A stretch of DNA of 32,000 nucleotides, taken from Desulfotalea psychrophila LSv54 (GTDB lineage Bacteria > Desulfobacterota > Desulfobulbia > Desulfobulbales > Desulfocapsaceae). Position numbers and translations under genes: made by a program. Numbering within the stretch: position 1 is the first letter of the stretch; the number at the start of each line of letters is the position of its first letter. A model generated the notes under the pieces. That model worked only from the letters and a program-made list of their open reading frames with translations. It made no database searches and was not told the DNA's origin. Location: positions 2,580,001 to 2,612,000 of the forward strand of contig NC_006138.1 in assembly GCF_000025945.1 (NCBI RefSeq). The letters run 5' to 3'. This document shows positions 27,756-32,000 of this stretch, piece after piece.

Positions 27756-27833
27756 TGGGGTGAGCGAGGGGACTCGAACCCCCGACTTCCTGGGTCACAA
27801 CCAGGTGCTCTAACCAATTGAGCCACGCCCACC
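27756..27833 (-). tRNA. tRNA-His (GUG)
   Basis: The minus strand reads GGTGGGCGTGGCTCAATTGGTTAGAGCACCTGGTTGTGACCCAGGAAGTCGGGGGTTCGAGTCCCCTCGCTCACCCCA. It folds as a cloverleaf: encoded G-1, 7-bp acceptor stem, GCTC/GAGC D-stem, CCTGG/CCAGG anticodon stem with loop TTGTGAC, GGTTCGAGTCC T-loop and encoded CCA. Confidence 0.95.
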
Positions 27834-27879
27834 GCTTATTTTTTATTACGCGTTGTTCGCTGTTGCGAAGTGCGAGTCC

Positions 27880-27908
27880 TTTATACCTGTTTTAAAATTC
27901 TTTTGCAA
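27880..27908 (-). promoter_or_regulatory. Sigma70-type promoter for tRNA-His
   Basis: The minus strand has TTGCAA-N17-TATAAA followed by a GC-rich discriminator (GGACTCGCACTTCGC). It lies about 45 nt upstream of the tRNA. Confidence 0.55.
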
Positions 27909-28005
27909 GGGGTAAATGATACTTTTTTCTTTTTTTGTTCCTCTTTTTTCCATCGTACTTCTTGTGAAAAGAGTTATTTACCCGTTCTTGCGCAGAGAAC
28001 AATCT

Positions 28006-28659
28006 CTAGGAGAATTCGTGACCACAGTGCATACATTTCTTAGCCTGCGCTTTTATTATCTCAGAGCACTCCGGACATTCCTTTTTAAAGTTTGCCTGAA
28101 GGATTCTACTGATAATTAAATTGGACTTTTGCTCAAAGGAAGGATCACGGAAGGTATGATTACGAATGGGATCAACGCAGGCAACGTCATTGAGCTGGGC
28201 AAGCTTGACCAGCGACGTCTCACGACTCTCGCGTTTGGCCGATTCATCGAGAAGAAGGGTGAGGACAGCCTGCAGGTTATTATCCTCGATACAGGTCTCA
28301 AGGGCGACCGTGGCCTTTTTTTCTGCCTGATACCTGCTGTTCTGGCCTATGATGGCATCTTTATCAACAATACTTCCCTTAAAGGCATCCTTATTGCCCA
28401 CCATCATCACATTACTCTCTGTACTGCCCGGAAGCTCCATATATCTATAGGAGGCATGGCGGCCATACTTCGTTTCAATATGATGCCAACCCTTAAGAAA
28501 AAGAGGGCAGTAATCATTCAAACAAATAAACAGTACCTCAGAGCCCCAACCCAAACCATCACCTACATGCACTTGGGGCGCCTCGCAGGCAATCATTTCT
28601 GCTTTACAGTGAGGGCATATTTTTACTTCATCAAAAACGCTTAATTCTGGGCATCCCAT
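28006..28659 (-). CDS. Hypothetical Cys-rich protein with N- and C-terminal zinc-ribbon-like motifs
   Basis: Start 28659 (MGCPELSVFDEVKICPHCKAEM) has AGGAG 9 nt upstream. The C-terminus reads CPECSEIIKAQAKKCMHCGHEF. Confidence 0.6.
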   Translation of the reverse strand: MGCPELSVFDEVKICPHCKAEMIACEAPQVHVGDGLGWGSEVLFICLNDYCPLFLKGWHHIETKYGRHASYRYMELPGSTESNVMMVGNKDAFKGSIVDKDAIIGQNSRYQAEKKATVALETCIEDNNLQAVLTLLLDESAKRESRETSLVKLAQLNDVACVDPIRNHTFRDPSFEQKSNLIISRILQANFKKECPECSEIIKAQAKKCMHCGHEFS

Positions 28660-28807
28660 AATAATGTTACTCCTCTGATAAAATATAAATTTAAACCTGC
28701 CCGCTCTGAGCCAGAGGGACAAGTTCTAATGTGTATACTGTCTCTGCTCTTCACCTTCCTTCTAATAAAACTATTTTCTCAGAACAAAATCAGACAATGA
28801 GATCATC

Positions 28808-30487
28808 TCAAAATCCAGGGTTGGCAAGTATCTCATCTACAGCCTTTGCCTGGCGCATCTTGGTCTCCAGAAACTCTCTGTCCATGGCCGCGGCACTGAC
28901 ATCCATTATTTCCGCCAACTCACCAATTTTGCCCTGCTCCGCCAGAGTAGATATTTTTTCCAGGTTTTCCTTAAAGCTCTCGACAATCTTCCATCCCTCG
29001 CCCTTCGTGGCCATAATCTCGGCATAGGTACGTGAATTTTGATTGTGAATACGGGCCATGGCCAGGATGCCATAGATTGAGGTCAGGGTGGAGTGACTTT
29101 CAATCTCTTCCCGGCCAATACCGTGTTCATGCAGGGTCATGGCAATAGCAATGGAGATTGCCGTGGGCAATTTCTGGCCCAGGCCCATGAGCAGATCGTG
29201 TTGAGACTCTGTATCATGATGAATGTCCGCCCCATGCTTATACAGAAAGGCCTCAAATTCACTACTGAAGCTACCACTGCGAACGGTACGTACCACATTA
29301 ACGTTTTTATCCTTCATGGTCAGGGCCTGTGGCCCCCAGAGATTGTGGACAAACATCACCTCAACTCCCGGCGATGTTGCCTCCATGGCTGCGGCAATAT
29401 TACGTTCGGACTCCCCTGCCAGAATAATCATGGCCTGGCCGTCCCGAAGGAGAGGGCCGTACTGTTTGATAGTTGAGGCCGTTACCGAAATAGGAACGCA
29501 GACCATAACAACATCCACCTTGGCAATCATCTCCCTAGGGGTAAGAGGAGTGCTTCTGCCAGTGACAAATGTTTCATATCCCTCATTGCCCAGTCTATCG
29601 GCAAACCATCTACTCATCGCTCCTGAACCGATAAAGCCAAAGGAGTGGATGTTCTTCACCCGCATATCAACCCGGGGAAAAGAGCCCAAAAGACGAAAGG
29701 CCCCCTCCTCCTGAATAATTTTGTTTTCCAGAACGGCAAGGGCACCCTGAAGATTGGGGCTATCCATATGCCCTTCAAGCTCCAGATAGATACGCAGTTT
29801 CTGGGTCTTGATATCATTTTCTGACTGAAGATCTAAGATATTGATTCCTCTTCTGGTAAACTCACCCAGTATATCAGAGAGAATTCCAACCCGGTCACGA
29901 AGAGGTTTGGTGATAAAGGCCGTGGCGTCATAACCCGTAGCTAGGGCAATATCTTTACCAATAACGGCATAACGGGTCTTGTTATGGGGGACTAACTCGC
30001 GAATCATGAGGTCTAAGCCATGCTCTCTTATGAACTCTTCGGACTCAATGATAGCATACTGATCCCGCTCCTCCGCCCTGATATCCTCTATGGCCATGCC
30101 AATATCTGCCACAGCCATCCGTGTTACCTCGGGAAACCTCTCATTAATATATTGGTGACACTGACGGAAAACTGAATCAGTACTGATGATGATCTTAATC
30201 TGGCCAGGTGTTTTGCTAAGGCGCCCAAGGGAGAGATTGATAGGAAGAATAATATTATCGATCCAAGACCCACAGCCCATTTTTTCAACGAGGTGCCTAT
30301 TTTTCTTTATCTCTCCTTCCCGGGTATTATAGACAGGAAGAACAATATAGTCGGCATCGCCATTAACAAAGGCCTGCTGAAGAGCCGTTACCTGTTGATA
30401 TTCTACTATCCGGGCGCTAGGAGAGTAGAGACTGGCAGCTCGATGGCTGTTGGAAAATATTGGACCGAGGATTGCAATAACAGGCAT
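28808..30487 (-). CDS. Fusion of prephenate dehydratase-like domain, ACT domain and prephenate/arogenate dehydrogenase (TyrA)-like domain
   Basis: The PDT part has IAILGP..SNSH.AA, ADYIVLPVYNTREGEI and HNKTRYAVIG (the N.TRF motif). The ACT part has VGILSDILGEFTRRGINILDLQSE. The TyrA part has FGFIGSGAMSRWFA (Rossmann fold), VMVCVPI and FVHNLWGPQ (compare HPMFGP). Confidence 0.7.
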   Translation of the reverse strand: MPVIAILGPIFSNSHRAASLYSPSARIVEYQQVTALQQAFVNGDADYIVLPVYNTREGEIKKNRHLVEKMGCGSWIDNIILPINLSLGRLSKTPGQIKIIISTDSVFRQCHQYINERFPEVTRMAVADIGMAIEDIRAEERDQYAIIESEEFIREHGLDLMIRELVPHNKTRYAVIGKDIALATGYDATAFITKPLRDRVGILSDILGEFTRRGINILDLQSENDIKTQKLRIYLELEGHMDSPNLQGALAVLENKIIQEEGAFRLLGSFPRVDMRVKNIHSFGFIGSGAMSRWFADRLGNEGYETFVTGRSTPLTPREMIAKVDVVMVCVPISVTASTIKQYGPLLRDGQAMIILAGESERNIAAAMEATSPGVEVMFVHNLWGPQALTMKDKNVNVVRTVRSGSFSSEFEAFLYKHGADIHHDTESQHDLLMGLGQKLPTAISIAIAMTLHEHGIGREEIESHSTLTSIYGILAMARIHNQNSRTYAEIMATKGEGWKIVESFKENLEKISTLAEQGKIGELAEIMDVSAAAMDREFLETKMRQAKAVDEILANPGF

Positions 30488-30782
30488 AATCTATCTCTTA
30501 CGTTTTTTGTTTGAGCAAGGGGTGAAAACAACAGCGTCAAGATAATCTTTCTCTCCTCTATGCTAGCCTCTAGCATAAAAAGAGATATTTAGACTAGCCC
30601 TTCTCCCCGGCTAAAGCAACCATTTAGAAATTTGCCCCCAGGCCATAGCCTATCCCATACACGCCCTCCCCTCTCTTAGGATAGCGCCAAGCCCCCAAGG
30701 CTGCATTGAAATTCAGTCCTCAACCGATAACTATTTAAGATAAATGGGCAAACAGCCCTAGACCTGAGTCACCAACAAAAAA

Positions 30783-30823
30783 CAAAAAAAAACGCCCTCT
30801 GTTCTTTAGAACAGGGGGCGTTT
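30783..30823 (-). terminator. Intrinsic terminator after the SH3b gene
   Basis: The minus strand has AACGCCCCCTGTTC-taaa-GAACAGAGGGCGTT followed by T9. Confidence 0.8.
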
Positions 30824-30848
30824 CATAACTAGTGAGACAGGGCTGCGA

Positions 30849-31319
30849 CTATTTTTGAGGCCAAAGAAGGGTCTTATATATCCAACCAACTGATCCCTGA
30901 CTATGTTTAACCTTAACCCAACCATCTTTGACTGTAATTCTGGTCAGGACAACACCACGCTCAACTTCGGCAATAACGGGACTGTTCTTACCGGGACCTG
31001 ATCGCATATTGCCAGTTTTTTTAACATTAACAATAACGGTATCATTTTTTCTTACCAGAGGGGCATAAACCCAACCCCGGTCTTTTTCGTAGTCAACAAC
31101 CTCATACCAATCATTTTTTTTATTTACAACCCGCAGAGGCCACCCCTCAAAAAGCTCCATAACAATCTCTTCTTTGGTAGTAGGACCCTTACGGATGTTA
31201 ACCCCATCCTTGGCAATTGTCACAAATTGAGCAGCCTGACAGGAAAGAGAGAACAACAGAAAAAATAGTGCTAACGACAGGATAACAGTACGTTTAGTTT
31301 TAGCTATTGGTCTAGACAT
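30849..31319 (-). CDS. Secreted protein with two bacterial SH3 (SH3b) domains
   Basis: A signal peptide is followed by two repeats of the V..DGVNIR.GP......V......G..L.V.....DW..V.....GWV pattern. Confidence 0.75.
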   Translation of the reverse strand: MSRPIAKTKRTVILSLALFFLLFSLSCQAAQFVTIAKDGVNIRKGPTTKEEIVMELFEGWPLRVVNKKNDWYEVVDYEKDRGWVYAPLVRKNDTVIVNVKKTGNMRSGPGKNSPVIAEVERGVVLTRITVKDGWVKVKHSQGSVGWIYKTLLWPQK

Positions 31320-31667
31320 ATTTTTTATTTTGTAATAGTAAAATTATTGCTATAAAAGTTGATTGCCATACCATAAAATTGACGATTAAGCATCATATTC
31401 TATTGCAAAGCAACATTCTCTAAGGCCTTGAAACTATAAAAGCTATAGCATTTCTATGACAATAAGTCAAATAGCTCTGTTTTCGACAAATAATCACCCC
31501 GGAATCTCCTCAGCGGACAGTCCACCCCTCTCTTAGCACATGCCAATGAGCTAAGGCATAGGAGAGAAACCATCTACTAAGCCATAAAGACCTCTTACAG
31601 CCTAGCAAAAAAGAAAGGTACTTGTCAAACGGGGAGGAGCACAATCTCTAAAACGGCGCAAGTGACA

Positions 31668-32000
31668 CTATTCAGCAGATGGTGGAGCAACTGACAGTCG
31701 CCTCTCACCAGGGGCAACCCGAACAGTGCTACCCAGCAAAAGGGGGTGATTATCCATGATATGTCCCGAACGAATACCTGCCAGAACAGGGATATTACGC
31801 TTGCCAACAATTTCCAGCAGCCGAGACCATACCATCTCCCTATGGCGCATTTTCTCCATTGAAGACTCATGTCCACTTACAGAAAAATCACCGAGGAGAA
31901 TCCCGGCAACATCTTTGAATTTGCCTGCATAGGCAAGTTGGGTCAACATTCTATCAATCCGATAAATGGGCTCACCCACGTCCTCTAAAAAGACAAACTT
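31668..32000 (-). CDS. LD-carboxypeptidase (peptidase S66, LdcA/MccF family). Only the C-terminal part lies in the window.
   Basis: FLEDVGEPIYRIDRMLTQL...AGILLGDF...IPVLAGIRSGH is the C-terminal catalytic region (E/H of the triad) of S66 peptidases. The ORF is open to the window edge. Confidence 0.7.
   Translation of the reverse strand, partial: KFVFLEDVGEPIYRIDRMLTQLAYAGKFKDVAGILLGDFSVSGHESSMEKMRHREMVWSRLLEIVGKRNIPVLAGIRSGHIMDNHPLLLGSTVRVAPGERRLSVAPPSAE

Noticed and set aside
1-32000. CRISPR arrays, rRNA genes, intact integrases, recombinases or transposases, and prophage structural genes
   Set aside because: I found no regularly spaced repeats and no rRNA-like sequence. The only mobile-element signal is the truncated IS1 relic.

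Overview
This window looks like a Gram-negative chromosomal segment, with outer-membrane beta-barrel genes, a TctCBA transporter and translationally controlled leaders. I cannot assign a taxon from sequence alone. Almost all genes are on the minus strand.

Layout, left to right:
- 1-6200: a tctB-tctA-tctC uptake operon next to a three-subunit HcnABC/opine-oxidase-like flavoprotein dehydrogenase operon. A sigma54-type promoter lies upstream of the dehydrogenase operon.
- 6680-9240: a DUF1653 gene and two RNA-modification genes. One is a methyltransferase fused to a catalytically dead pseudouridine-synthase-like domain. The other is trmO.
- 9290-15600: a visibly AT-rich accessory stretch. It holds a 2-TM/coiled-coil protein, a decayed small TM gene, a stand-alone SIR2-like protein, a degraded copy of the 3' end of the downstream NRAMP-like gene, a tandem HD/HD-GYP protein and a PilJ-type MCP.
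- 16269-17705: an NRAMP-fold transporter preceded by a clear TPP (THI-box) riboswitch.
- 17870-20480: a decayed zone with a remnant of a small membrane-protein gene, an IS1-family remnant, an outer-membrane barrel gene and an OMP fragment.
- 20500-32000: housekeeping genes. These are a frameshifted queD, trmN6-like, comM/yifB, thiL, dCMP deaminase, an alpha/beta hydrolase, tRNA-His with its promoter and terminator, two Cys-rich unknown proteins, a prephenate dehydratase-ACT-prephenate dehydrogenase fusion, an SH3b protein and a partial LD-carboxypeptidase.

The two strongest leads:
- The TPP riboswitch controls an NRAMP-like transporter whose canonical metal-binding residues are replaced.
- The AT-rich SIR2-like plus 2-TM protein neighbourhood is a candidate defence or conflict module.

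No CRISPR array, rRNA or intact integrase/transposase was seen.
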